A program made the position numbers and the translations under genes. The notes beneath the pieces were generated by a model. It saw only the letters and a program-made list of their open reading frames with translations. It was not told where the DNA came from and made no database searches. From the human T2T-CHM13v2.0 reference genome, Homo sapiens, in assembly GCF_009914755.1 (NCBI RefSeq), contig NC_060936.1: a stretch of 64,000 nt of DNA, one strand, 5' to 3'. Shown here piece after piece: positions 27,849 to 41,890 of the stretch (positions are counted from its first letter, which is position 1; every line of letters starts with the position of its first letter).

Positions 27849-28823
27849 TATACTATATAAAATATTACATGTTATATAGTGTGTGTGTATATACACATAT
27901 ATACAAATTCACACAAATACATATTTTTGTGTGGTGTGGAAGAACATGATCTGTAGTATAGATATAGTGTATGTTTATATTTTTGTAATACATATATAAT
28001 TTATGTATAAAATACTTAGCTTTTACCACCATATAAGGTAAAAATCTTTTAATGTAATTTCTTTGTGCAAATAAATGGTAAATGTAAAATCTGTAATTTT
28101 AGAAAACAAATAATAGGGACTCCATTATTGATTTCTAATTTTTATCACAATTATATGTTCAATAGTTACCTTAGAAAGTAAGGTAAAGTGTTCAGATCTT
28201 ATAATCTAAAATATATTTTCATTACCAAGTCTGGGTATTTACATGGGAATCCGTTTTTCTCCCTCAACAGGCAGATTTTCCTGAATCCATCTTTAAAGTC
28301 TTCTACATATTTAAGGACAATATAGTTAGAGGTCTTTGAAACAATTTAAGCTTAAATTTTCTGTCTCTATGCTCTCTGTATTTCATGGACTGCTTGAGGC
28401 CAATTCCATGTGAAAGACTCCCAACTGTTGTTACTTTGTTGGAAGAAACAAGGGGAAAAAGAATGTCTTAAATTAATTTTTTAGACCATACTTGGTGCAG
28501 ATTTTCTTTCTTTTCATGACCTCTTCTGTTTTTTGGTATTATTGAGGTTCTTTAAACAAGGCCTTGAGCTATTCATTGCTAGTGATTCACTACCAAAAGA
28601 CTTTTTGTTAAAGAATTTCATTGTGGTTCTAGGAAAAGAAAACTATGAAACTCACAATTCTCTATTGAAATGTATCACTGAAAAACCAACAAATGCAGGT
28701 TTTCAGCATTAAAAATAATTTAGGTAAGAAAACAAAATTGTATAAATAACTTTATTGGAAGAATTTTTAGAATCCAAGTTATCATGCTTTTAGATAAAAA
28801 TACATTTTATTTCTATTGCTTCC

Positions 28824-29225
28824 TAACAAAGACTCTCCTTGACCTAACTTCAGTCATGCTTTGCTAAGGCCTCAGCCTTCAATGTCTGTCCTTGTTGGGC
28901 ATCCATCACCCAGCTTTAGGAAAAACTTTGCTAAATCAGTTTAGCAAGAACTGTTATTTCATCACTCTGGCCTGCCTTCAGTAAGAATTCTGTTAAGTCA
29001 GTTTAAACAGAAACCCTCTTACCCAAGACATTTCCTCTTATAATTCCATCCACCAACTCCCCTACCCTAATCTCCTCTGTGGCTACAAATTGCCACTTTT
29101 CCTTGTTGTATTCTGAATTGAGGCCAGTTCTATATTGAGATTTCTTTTTTTCCTATTACAATAGTTCCTAAATAAAACCTGGTTTACCACATTAACTACT
29201 ATCCATATCTGGTTTTTCTTTGACA
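28824..29225 (+). mobile_element. MER31-like ERV1 LTR
   Basis: ACAAAGACTCTCCTTGACCTAACTTCAGTCA start, repeated CAGTTTAGCAAGAA, AATAAA, end TTTCTTTGACA. Confidence 0.7.
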
Positions 29226-32200
29226 ATTCCTATTCAATCTTTAGGATTTTCCCTATACAAACTTGGTTTCATACACATTGGGTTATTTTAATCTGTAATT
29301 CCTTTAAATACAATATTAAACACTTCCAAATCTTCACTTTGTTGGTTTTTTAAGTGCAAAACATATTCTTATTCAACACAATTGTATATATTTTCTTTAT
29401 TATATTCTCTTGTATTTAGAAAAATTCAAACGAGCACATATATTCATATTTATAGCCTATTTTACATTCTATTTCATTCTGTCTTGATATTTGAGCTGAG
29501 CTCTGGCAAAAGAATGGGGTAGTTTTTGCCTCACATGTTTTGTACATGTGTCCTGCTTTACTCTTGTAAATATAGCTGAAATGTGCAGTCAATGTTTTAG
29601 CCCTTTGGGCACCCATCAGGCACCAATTGTTTACAGAAGTGAACTGGGTAGCAAGAATTTAAACTGCCTTGAAATCATTAGATGATTAGCTTTCCCTTGA
29701 GTTTCATGTCTCCCTGAAAAGTCTTACTGGAGAACCCATTATATTCTCTTCCCCTGGTACTGATCAAGGAAAACAAAAATAGAAGCATTATTGAGTGCAA
29801 TGTTGATTTTGAGACTAGGCATTGTTTAAAAAGAGAATGCTAGGAAACTGCTATAAAGTACAAACATTTATCCAAGCGTAATAGACAATGCCAATTGTTT
29901 TGCCTCAAAGTCCAGAGTCTTTTAAAAAGCCTTTTTTTCCAGTGAACAAATCTCAAGAGAAATTGCTGAGATTATTTCTCTAAATGATAAGCATGTGGAT
30001 GTTGCCCACTTTATGAAGCAAATAAAACTGCATATGAATTAAAGCTAATTTAAGCTTTTTAACAATAAGACTACATGATCAATTTAAAAAATGATCAGGT
30101 GCATATAACCAGTCAAAACTGCAAATAGGATCAACAACTCTCAGTTTTTTAAAAAAAATTATATATATATATATATATAAAAGATGGACACTTATTATTT
30201 ATTGCAACATTCTCTGAATGCATATGCCATGTGATTATTGGATGTAGACTATGAGAAGAGAATTTTTAAGTAAAAGTAGGTAAAGTAAGCACCTCTGTCT
30301 TTTCCTTTGAATATATGTGAGATGCTTGAATTCAAAGGAAACACAGGCCAATTACTCACTATAATGTAAGGCTTGCATTTGAACTTTTGGGGATTTGAAA
30401 GCTTATATAGGAATACCAGTAAGTGTGGCTATTTTTCTTTTGTACAACTGGTGTTCAAACAGGAACATTAATATATTTCCCCCAAAATAGCCCATGTAAA
30501 AGGACTACTACTCACATCAGTGTCACTTCTAACACTGCTGTCTGTTAGTGCCATCATTTTAAACAAACAAAAAAACTGCCTCAACCACTCCAAGTCAGAA
30601 AATATACAGAAAGAAATATATATTTATAGTCCAAGAAATGAGAATGTGCTGCTTTTGTCTGATTTTTAGGGCAGAATAATGAAGGTCAGTAGTTGTTAAT
30701 AAATATGATGATTTACACAAATGCTACAAATCACATAGATGCCCCTAGAAAAGGGCCTTTTACAGGCCTCATAAGTCATCTAAATATTTAAAATCTCTCA
30801 GTGTGATAAAAGGCTTATTTCTAAATGCAGTCTATGATCATTCAGGATATTAAGCCTAATTCTACTGGCTCTCTCTTCAGTACAGAATGAAAACCAATGG
30901 CCCACATAGAGTCATCATTTAATACATTTTAGCCAAAAAAAATGTTTGTTCTCATGATGGCTGTATTGGGATTATTGTCATATTTGTTAAGCATCTACTT
31001 ATGTGGTGGCTGTAAAAAAAACTCTTCTTTGGGATCAAATTTTAAATTGTGAAAACATTTGATTTAGTGACACCTTCATCCTAATTTAAAGAAGATGTGG
31101 ATTTCAGGTAGAATTTAAAGAGGCCTAAATGTAAGTGTGTGTATACATATCAGTTGTCATTACATAGCTATACATTCAGTTTTCAAAAGCCTGGTCACCT
31201 GGCCAACAACACCAGGTGTATGGACTTGTTTCTTTCAATCTAGTAAGTAGAGAGGAAGCACAAATCCTGGACCAGTATATAGGAAAATGGGAATAAAGTA
31301 GGAAAGGAAATACCTGCATGAACTGGTTCAACTTTATTAGGTGATCATTTCTCTTTTTTCAGCAGAAAGTTATTTATGGTTAACTTCCAACAGATCTCAC
31401 ATCCACTATTTTCTCTCTCCCTGAAACATTTTAGGGTAGCATGCCAGTTGAGGTAGTTCCATAGCTTTTTACAGACTTTGAGCACATCCCTCCTATCCTC
31501 AGGTCTCTTTTACAAGGTAAATGCTTGTCCCAATTCCTTTTGCATTTTAAGAAATATGCTTAAATGACCAATGAACTTTAGCCAAAAGCCATAGCTTTTA
31601 CAGATTGTTAATCACCAGATTAACTGAAAGCTCCCCATAAATTCCTGTTTCTGAAATGGGAACTTGCAATTAAATTAACTAATTTGTTTATAACTTTATT
31701 TGCTTCCAGAGTAACAGAATGTGATTTTGCTGAGGGCACTCATACTAGCAGAGACATAATTTACAAAGTAATATTTTTGAGATCTATTAGACTGAAATGG
31801 AATACTCAGAACAGCAACGAATTGTGGCTTAGTGGACATTACAGCCTGACTGGCTGTTTCTGTGTTTCACATGCTTCCTTCCAACCATCCTCAAAATATA
31901 ACTAAAACTATTTGGTTACAATTTAAAAATGATGAACGATATTAAATTGAGTGGTGGGTTTGCTAACTGGGCTTTGAGAAATCCTAAGGTTTCTGAAGAA
32001 ACCCTAAGTTCCAGCTTGGAGACAAGGAATAAATTCAAGAGACAAGTAGGCAGGCCCCATTTCAAATCAAGCAACTCCACTCTCTTCTTTTGCACATTGA
32101 ACTACAACTGCTTCAAATATTTGTCTCATTGACCTTGAAGTTAAAGAAAAAAAATTACTCGATGGCATAAACCAATTGTCTAGAATACACTTAAAAAAAT

Positions 32201-32754
32201 GTTCATTAATACTATTGGATGTTTAAATTAGTTGGCATTCTTAGTTCTAAAATCTTGTTTGTCTTACTTTGTATATCTTTGATCTTCTTGCTTGTACAAG
32301 AGCCAAATCATGTCTTCTGAAATTTTAAATAATTTTTAAATAATCAATTTACAATGAACCCTTGGAGGGTAAATGAAACCATTTTGCCTAATTCCAAGAA
32401 CTGTTTCAAACCCCAGAAGGTGGAAGACTTAATTGCAGTGTATTTTTGAGAGAAAGTTAGTCCATTAGCATTTGTTTATTTTTAACTAACATTAAGTTGG
32501 AAGTATGCTAATGTAATGTTTTATTGTTAAAAGAAGTTATGCAGAAAAAAAGCTGAATTGGAGAAAGTCATAAAACTGAATGACCTAATAAATTTTACCA
32601 AGGAAACAAATTTTATATTCTCTATAGGCAAAAATTTATTCTAAACACAATAACAAAAGCAGAACCTTGTTTCATAGTCACTTAATTTTTAATTTTCACT
32701 TCTGTTCATAGAGAAATTTTGTTGATCTGTATTTGAGAGAATTCCTTTAGTAGT

Positions 32755-33130
32755 TTTTATGGTTTGGCTGTTTCTCCACCCAAATCTCATCTTCAGTCAT
32801 AATCTCCATAATCCCTACGTGACTAGGGAAAGGTTTGGAGGGAAGTGATTGGATTATGAGGAGAGTTTCTGCCATGCTGTTCTCCTGATAGTGAGTGAAT
32901 TCTCACAAGATCTGATGGTTTTATGAATGATAGTTTTTCTTGTGCTCTCACACACTCACTTCTCTCACCTACTGCCATGTAAGACATGCCTCTTTCCCTT
33001 CCACCATGATTGTAAGTTTCCTGAGGCCTTTCCAGCCATGCGGAACTGTGAGTCAATTAAATCTCTTTTCTTTATAAATTACCCAGTCTCAGAAAGTATC
33101 TTTATAGTAGTATGATTATGGACTAATACA
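32755..33130 (+). mobile_element. THE1C/THE1D solo LTR
   Basis: ATGGTTTGGCTG...CCAAATCTCATC...GGACTAATACA; perfect 5-bp TSD GTAGT. Confidence 0.9.
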
Positions 33131-36100
33131 GTAGTCCTGAACTTTGATAAATTTGTGTTTCCAAAACTGGTGATGGGGAAGAAAGAAACTCGGTAGTCTT
33201 TTTAGGCCTGCCAACTTACAAAAACTTGCCAACAGAAGCATCAAAATTTTTCCTGACATGTCAAGTTCCAGTCTAGCAAAGGTTTTCACTACTTACAGAA
33301 GTGGCAAATTTAGGAAATCTGGAAAATGAAGAAAGGCATAAAGAAAGTAAAAATCCACAAATTCACTACTTGCCAACATTTTGGTTTATTTCACTTTTCC
33401 AAGTCATTTTACTATGCACATGTGTTGAGATGCATGTGTGGACATAAGCTTAACTTGATTTTATTTTTAGTAAATTACTCCTAATGAAGACATGCTGGGA
33501 AAACCTATTAATTCAAAAATTATTAGTAGTAATATTACCATTTTGAATTGTTCCACACTTCGTAAGACATTAAAAATTCATTCCTAAAAAATAAAATGCT
33601 TCTCAAAGTAGAAATGCTATAAATAGTACAGGATTTCGCCACAAAAAAGATTTGCTAAGTGGCTTGAAAGCTGGTGCTTACAGATGAAATTAACACATAT
33701 TCTTTAGAACTGTAGCTGCTGCTTTAATATCCCGATGAACTTTTTCACTTTGTGATCATCACAGTAATCATCAGAATGTTTGACACAACCATAAGATGCA
33801 TTGTATCTTGTAGAGAATTAGGGTACATGTTTAACTCTTTAGGGAACATTTAAGTATCACCTAGGGAGGCAGAAAGGAAGACAGAAATTAAATGAATAAA
33901 TCACTCAAGGTCACAGAGCAAAGTTGAGTCAGGAACTCACATATATTTTCACACAAAAAATGTATGTACTTTATACTTTTCCTTAGTACCTAACTTTTAC
34001 AGAAAAAAAAATGCCTCCCACTAGAAGGTTGATCTGTTTCCATACTAAATCAAATTGAATTAATTTAACTTAACGTCACTTCAAAATATACCTTTCTTGA
34101 GTTTGTGTATTTCATCAGGAAAAGCAAACCAAACTAACTTTCCCATTATCTTTGTAATGGACTTTAATTACTTTATAGTCATTTAAGTGGTATTATATGA
34201 CTATGAAAACAAAATGGCATTTCTTTATTTTTATTTAGTTTATATTACCAGCACAGATATCAAATAGACAGAAGCGTCAAAGGAAGCATTTAATTTATCT
34301 CCAGTGTACCAAACCAAAAAAGAATACTTTTGCAAGACAATATTTCTGTCAAAAAATGGCTGTACACTGGTGGTTATTCTGATTCATTTTTGATTTGTCT
34401 GATGAATCTTGTTTGATAGTACTCTGTTCTCAGACTAAATTAGAAAAGTGTATTATTTCCTATTCATTACTTAGATTAAATACAATCTAACACCATTGTG
34501 CCTTTTGTTCTTCCCTTCCAGGTGTAGATTTCAACTGAAACAATTTTAAACTAGAACAAGATTACATTATTGATAGAATTTGAAAAGACAAAATTAACTT
34601 TTCTATGATTGACATGATTTTTAAAGAAAATACCCTCCAAAAAGACCTATTAAAAAAGAAATGAAAACTTAAAAAAAAAACAAAACCTGAACAGGAATTA
34701 GGGAGCTCTTATTTATGAACATAAGAATAACTTTTGGTTTCAAAAAACCAAGAATATAGTATTTCCAGAACCATCTCCCTTCCTCCAATTTATATCTTTT
34801 CCTTTAGCTTTCCAAATTCCTATAAGGCAATGCCTCTTTCCTATATATTTTGCCTTCTGGTTGGAACTACCACATACTCTGTTTTGTTTTTACTAAGGGG
34901 TAGAATTATGACTCAATGGAAGCCCATCAGACACGTTCTTCTAAGTCTTGTCTTCAGCAGAGCAACAAAGACGGTAAGAATTAGAGCTGATTCCTCAAAT
35001 AGGAGTGGCTCTAGGAAACTGTCTCTTATTTCCTGCTACCTGGATCCTTAGACCTGTCTTGTTGCATATTATTTATGACACTCATTTTCCCATCCATTAA
35101 ATTTTCCCAGGCTGCCCAAGCCACCATCTGCTCTTCCAATGAATCTTCCCTTTGTGCCTCAGTAACCCAGAGTCATTCTTTGGTTCATCATAAAGAATAC
35201 TAACTAACAGAAGCAAGGACTATATTATTAGATGAATAAGATATTTAAGATAAAGTGTTAAATATTGTCACCAAAGAAAATTATCTAAAAACAATATCAT
35301 GATTAGAATTTTACATAAAAACATCTGTAGTACCTCAAGGATAAATTGCACCTCATCTTGAAGAAAAAATATATTTTTCCCCAAGAAACGGTGTATTACA
35401 ACCATCTTCATGTAAATAGTCTCAAATGTTCCTGCTTTTTGAGATAAAAATGAAAAAAAATATGTTTCATTCCTCTTAATCATGCCTTTAAAGTAGACAG
35501 GCTGCTACAATTAGCACCTATACTCATGCTATTAAGACTTGAATTCAGTGTTTGCTGCCCTTTTTCTTCTCAAAACAAAACAGTAAATAAATAAAAACAT
35601 AAGCTATAGAAGAAGGCACATACAGTAGATTTTAAGGATTTTTAAATTGGAAAGCAGTTGCCATCTGACTTCTTACAGCCTTTTAGCTTTAATACCTTCA
35701 GAGAAGTCAAAAACAAAATTTTCGTTGGATGGGTAGAGGTATCACTGAACGGAACTTCCACTATGAAAATCATGTTAGCAGCACTGGCACATTTTAAGTG
35801 ATGTGACAAATAATGAAATAATTAAATTTTATTAGTTCACTATTTTCTGGCAAAATCAACACTCAACAGTGGGTTGAGACTGCGAAGAATGAAACTTCTA
35901 TTTTAGTAGGAACTGGTAAGGGTTTTTTTTTTTCTGATTTTTTTCAACTTCTGTCCCTTGTCACTGCTACATTTTCCTCATTTCCCACACTTGCCTCCAA
36001 CAATTGCTCAGAAAAATGAGGAAATTAACCTGTAGCATGTTCTCTGTGTTATTCTGAGGGTGGGAGAAAGCAATGTGCAAAATCTGTCAAATGAAATATG

Positions 36101-36551
36101 GATACCCAAATATGACTAATTAGGAAAAGTTTCTTGAAGATGTATTAAGCTTGGGTTCATTCACAGTTCCATTTTCTAAAAGTCAACAGTTTTATAACTG
36201 CTTGCCACTATGGAGAATAGTTCGTTGATAAAATGCATTAATTTTCATTGTATTGCTAAGCTATTAGGGTTTTTTTTTTTCCCTGTGTGGTTGTTCTATA
36301 ACTGAAAAAATCAATTTTTAATTAATATACAAATTATAATACACAATTTAACATGTAACATAGGATAATTTTATGAGTGCCTGAAGTTATTTAGATCATC
36401 TCATACTTTTAAGTTAACGAATGGACTTTATATCTATAATAAAAGCTTTTACTTGTAACAATGAGAACAGTTTATTACCTCTAACTTTTTTAAGCCTTCT
36501 CATTGCCCCTTTATATGAGTTTTAAAAACTGGAGAAAGTTTATGTCTATAC

Positions 36552-37097
36552 TGTGATTGTTAACATTGAGTATCAACTTGACTGGATTGAAGGATGCAAA
36601 GTATTGTTCCTGGGTGTGTCTGTGAGAGTATTTCCAAAGGAGATTAACATTTGAGTCAATGGACTAGGAGAGGCAGACCCACCCTCAATCTAGGTGGGCA
36701 CTATCTAATCAACTGCCAGCATAGCTAGGATAAAAACAGGCAGAGGAACATGGAAGGACTAAACTGGCTAAGTCTTTTGGCTTCCAACTTTCTCCTGTGC
36801 TGGATGCTTCCTGCCCTCAAACATCGGACTCCAAGTTCTTCAGCTTTTGGACCCTAGGACTTACACCAGTGGTTTGCCAGGGGCTCTCAGGCCTTCCGCC
36901 ACAGACTGAAGGCTGCAGTATCACGCCTTACCTACTTTTCAGGTTGTGGGACTCGGACTGGTTTCCTGGTTCCTTAGCTTGCAGAGGCCTACTGTGGGAC
37001 TTCACCTTGTGATTGTGTGAGTCAATTATCCTAATAAACTCCCTTGCATATACACATCTATCCTACTAGCTCTAACTCTCTAGAGAACCCTAATACA
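36552..37097 (+). mobile_element. MLT2A2 (HERV-L) solo LTR
   Basis: TGTGATTGTTAACATTGAG...GAAGGATGCAAAGTATTG...CTAGAGAACCCTAATACA, 546 bp; perfect TSD TATAC. Confidence 0.88.
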
Positions 37098-37869
37098 TAT
37101 ACACATACAGTATTAAAAATTAAAATACAGAAACTGAATTGATATCTGTTTAAGTTATAATGATTTATGATCCAATTTTACATTAATTTTAGTTTCATCA
37201 CTGCAATATGTTATGCCCTGTGTTCAGCATAGAGGTCACAGTTAAGATCTATTTCCTGCCTTTGAGAAGAACAAGATCCAGTGAAAAAAATGTACTAGTC
37301 TTTGTGATTCTCATAATTTCTCCCCACTTCACAATGCTAGAGAGTAATCCCATTAAATAATCTTAATATTTGGATGCTCCATGATTTGTTGTAAACAGTT
37401 ATATATCTCCTGAAGCCCTCTCACTCTGAGTACATAAGATATTCTTACACACTTCAGAGAATCAGAGGCCATAGGAAGATGAGGTCCATACTCCCATCCT
37501 TTCAATGTACATATTTTCATCAACATATATTATTCTCCTTTTAGCACACGTGCTTAAAGATAGGTTTCTTCTTCTTTCCCTAAGATTTCATTTCATAAGT
37601 ATAATATTTTCTCTATTATTTTTAATCTCACTTTCATAAGCTAAAGTTTTCTAGCCTTTAGCTTATATTGTTCAAATATCTCCTTTGTTTACAGGTGCTT
37701 AACTCTCAGTGTGCTATTTTAGATTTCTCCTGCCCCTTACTCAACCAGTAAGAAGGAGGAATTCTGGTATAGGCAAGAATAAATTGGTATCTTCCTGTAC
37801 ACCCAATTTGGCTATGATGTTAGGGTATCTTCTTATGAATGCAAGATTTGAAAATTTGCTCTTTCATGA

Positions 37870-38229
<360 letters not shown>

Positions 38230-38360
38230 TATTTTTTCTCATTATCTTCTTCCTCACCCTCTTCTCCTCTTCCCCTTTGTCTCTTCCACTCCCTACTTTT
38301 TCAATACTCCTCCTCCTCTTCCTCCTTCTGCTTCTTCTTCTTCCCCTCTTTCTCTTATTT
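38230..38360. repeat. CT-rich low-complexity tract between two Alus
   Basis: Polypyrimidine CTT/CTC repeats read directly. Confidence 0.8.
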
Positions 38361-38369
38361 AAAATCCAT

Positions 38370-38703
<334 letters not shown>

Positions 38704-39446
38704 TAGAAAAACTGGATCCAGATTTCAGTCTTGGCCTCCTTTATTATTAGCAATTTATCCCCTCCATGAAATGAAATCAATTCATGATTGATTAATCAAT
38801 TAGAAAATAATCTCTTCCTCTTTATTTCAATTTCCTTCCAAGTTACAATTTTTTTTTACTGTTTTGAAACAAACCTTCTGAAGCATTGATGTCCATTTTG
38901 CATTTGCTATAGTCTTTCTCAGCATCAATTAAATTCTCAAGCCATTAAACCCTAAATTTTATTTTGACCATAATACAAAAATATTGTATTAAGGTTAACA
39001 ATGACCTTGATTTTTCTGCATTTGTACTCTCATTTTTTTCACCTACCAATCTCACCATTGCACTTTGCTCTGTCTACACCAGTTTCTCTTTTTTCTTATA
39101 ACCCTCTTTTATAGTACTTTCCTTTACTCTGCAACATTCTTCCTCAGAATTATTTGCTTGTGCTTCATTTTGAGATTAGCTATTAATGTTTTCCTTCTCT
39201 TTTCAGTTAAAATGATGTTTTTGATCACTCCATCTTATTCCATGACTTGAAATATGTTAGTGATTCTGTGTGTTTATTTCCAGTGATCTTTCTCTTGAAT
39301 ATTAGAATGATATTTCTAATTGTCATGTTGACATCTACACCCGAATACCCGACAAGCCCCTGGAAAATGAACATGTCCAAATTGCACTTAATATCTTTCT
39401 TGCCTCACTCATCCCACTTATGTACTATATTTAATTAAGGTTACTA

Positions 39447-39650
39447 ACAGATGCAGTGGTACATGCCTGAATCCCAGCACTTTGGGAGTCTGAGGCGGGT
39501 GCATCACCTGAGGTCATTCGAGACCAGCGTGGCTACTAAAAATACTAGCTGGGCATATTGGCAGTTGCTTGTAATCCCAGCTATTCGGGAAGCTGAGGCA
39601 GGAGAATCACTTGAACCCAGGAGGCAGAGGTTGTAATGATCTGAGATCGG
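39447..39650 (+). mobile_element. Internally deleted, 3'-truncated AluS remnant
   Basis: Alu collinear sequence with three short internal gaps, no 3' end and no poly(A). Confidence 0.85.
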
Positions 39651-39952
39651 GGGTATTACCATTTACATTGACTCCAAAACCAGAATCCATAACTCCTCTT
39701 TCTAGCTCCTCCTCACACCAGTCTCATCGGATTCTGTCAGTGCCTCTTTTGAAGTATTTCTAAGTACAATCCTTTCTCCCTATCACTGTTTTACCACTAC
39801 TACCACCATCATTACTCCTTCATGGATGATAATATTATGTCTAAGTCAGTAAATCACTCTTATTTTCTTTCTCTCCTGTCAACTGCACCCTCATCCCCAT
39901 TTCTATTTCTATCTTGATGCTTCCAGATAATCATTTGAAAAAAACTAATTTA

Positions 39953-40470
39953 GCAATTTTATGTCTAGAAAATTCTGTCCTACTAAAATGATGAGAACAA
40001 ATTTTAAAAAAAAGGCAGAAAGAGCAACAGTTAACTTTTCTTTCTATCTCCAAACCTTACCCACTTACCCCCTACAGCCTATTTTGTATACCCTTAGCTC
40101 TAGATTAGAACAGATACTAGATTTTTCAAGTCTTCCAAATTTTCTCTGGAGTAGGGCATCATTAAATTGTGTGATTTCAAAGAGGATCATCGTAGACAAA
40201 ACAAGGCTTAATGCATACTAAGCTGTGAACACAACTAGTAAGTATGTTCCTTAGTTTTAATGTATTTCTATTGCATCTTAGAAGGAATTCTTCTAAAATT
40301 ACAGGTAATTGCATGGAATAAAGCAAATATGAAACCTTAAAAGACTTTCTGAAGGGATACTGCACAAAGATAATATAGTGTTCAAAAATGTTTAAAAGTT
40401 ATACTTTTGAAAGTGCACTGGTATTTACAAATTCTCTTAGGGCAGAAATTGGCAGAAAATATGATTTTGT
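39953..40470 (+). repeat. Long inverted repeat, left arm (518 bp)
   Basis: Reverse complement of 41891-42409; ~20 differences by manual alignment; 40141-40334 identical. Confidence 0.97.
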
Positions 40471-41339
40471 CTGAAGACAAAATAAATTGTCTTTTTTTTT
40501 CGCTAGAGTCCTTATTGCCTATAAGATTAAATTAAAGCTCTTTATCAAATATTAATGCTTAGATCACTTTTCATGGTTAAAATTTCTCATAACTTAGTAG
40601 TAACATTAACATTTAAGTCTAGAAGTGATAATATCTCTGGGAAAAAAACTTTTATTTTCCCATTTAGTCTAAGTCTGGGAAAAGGAAGAAGCTACGAAGT
40701 GCTTCCATAGGCATACAAGATTTGGACAGCTTAAAGAAATCTGTAGACTACCATACTTACCTCCATCTTTCAGGAAGTTTTATAGTCAGGTCTTGCCTTT
40801 ACTCCTGTTATGGACTCCTTTAATACTGGTTTGAAATTTTTGTAAGACTTTGCAATTAAACATAGTAATCACTCTCAATGGACAGCATATGTGTTTATCA
40901 TCCCAGTAACTCCAGACTCCTGTTTTCTCTCTGGCTCCTAGAGTGATGTTGGCTGTCATAATCTTCCGAGAGCATACAATTATGTGATTGAATTCATTAC
41001 TCTGAACCATTCAGAAGTCTGCTATTGATGACTGTTCCTGATTTACCTAGCTTAAATTTGTAGCAATATTGACTAAGGTTTGTATCTTTCATGCGAAACT
41101 TCAGTCAAGAGTGTTCTACTGGGTCTTCTACAACTACTTTCCAACCTAAATCTTTACTTTCAACCCTATCCTCTTATCACAAGTCAAACTTCTAATCACA
41201 TTAATCTTCAAAATGCACCTCTAATTATCCTTGTTATGAAGAATTTCTCTTCAGCAGAGTTACTGGACTTTTCTGTTTCTTCAGCATTCTGTTTATGGTG
41301 TTTAGCATCTCTAGTAGGGCAGCTGGGACATTGTATTTT

Positions 41340-41515
41340 AATTAGCAGCTCACATGTCATTCTCCTAGCCTAGACATTGAGTGCCTGAAGAGTAACACTG
41401 TGCCCTTTACATCTCTTTATCTCAAGCACATAAAATAGCCCCTACAACACGAGTATTTCATATTTGCTTAGTGGGGAATAAAAGGGATTGTATTACTGAA
41501 TACCTGAATGAATAA
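41340..41515 (+). mobile_element. L2 3' end within the IR spacer
   Basis: CTAGACATTGAGTGCCTGAAG...ATATTTGCT...TGAATGAAT tail. Confidence 0.5.
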
Positions 41516-41599
41516 AAATGACCTTGTATGGTATGTTTACTATTATTCCACTTTGGAGCTAAGCACATCATCTTTTTATAGATGGCTTTGCCATATTTT

Positions 41600-41762
41600 A
41601 AGTCCTTTCAAAAGTACTTGATATTCATAACCTCACTGTGAAGCAGACAGAGCTGATATCATTGTCTCATTTTAGAGATGAGGGCATTGGTGTTTAGAGC
41701 AAAAGAGACTAAATAAACTAAGATAAAAAACTACGCTAGAACCCAGATCTCCTGACTTCATG
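41600..41762 (-). mobile_element. MIR within the IR spacer
   Basis: CATTTTAGAGATGAGGG...CTAGAACCCAGATCTCCTGACT. Confidence 0.65.
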
Positions 41763-41890
41763 AATAGTAAAATATAAAGTGACATTCTAGTTTATGTTAT
41801 CTATTACATATAGACAAGGGGAAATTGAGTTGTCTACTACCAAATAAGGTGAACTATCTATTTTGAATTCTCAGTAGAGAAAGAAGAAAT

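Larger units (their letters stand above)
38820..40560 (+). mobile_element. L2, interrupted by an Alu remnant and by the left arm of the inverted duplication
   Basis: L2 motifs AATGACCT, AACATGTCCAAATTGCACTT and CCAGATAATCATTTGAAAA up to ~39952; L2-like sequence resumes at ~40505 (CCTTATTGCCTATAAGATTAAATTAAAGCTCTTTA). Confidence 0.6.
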
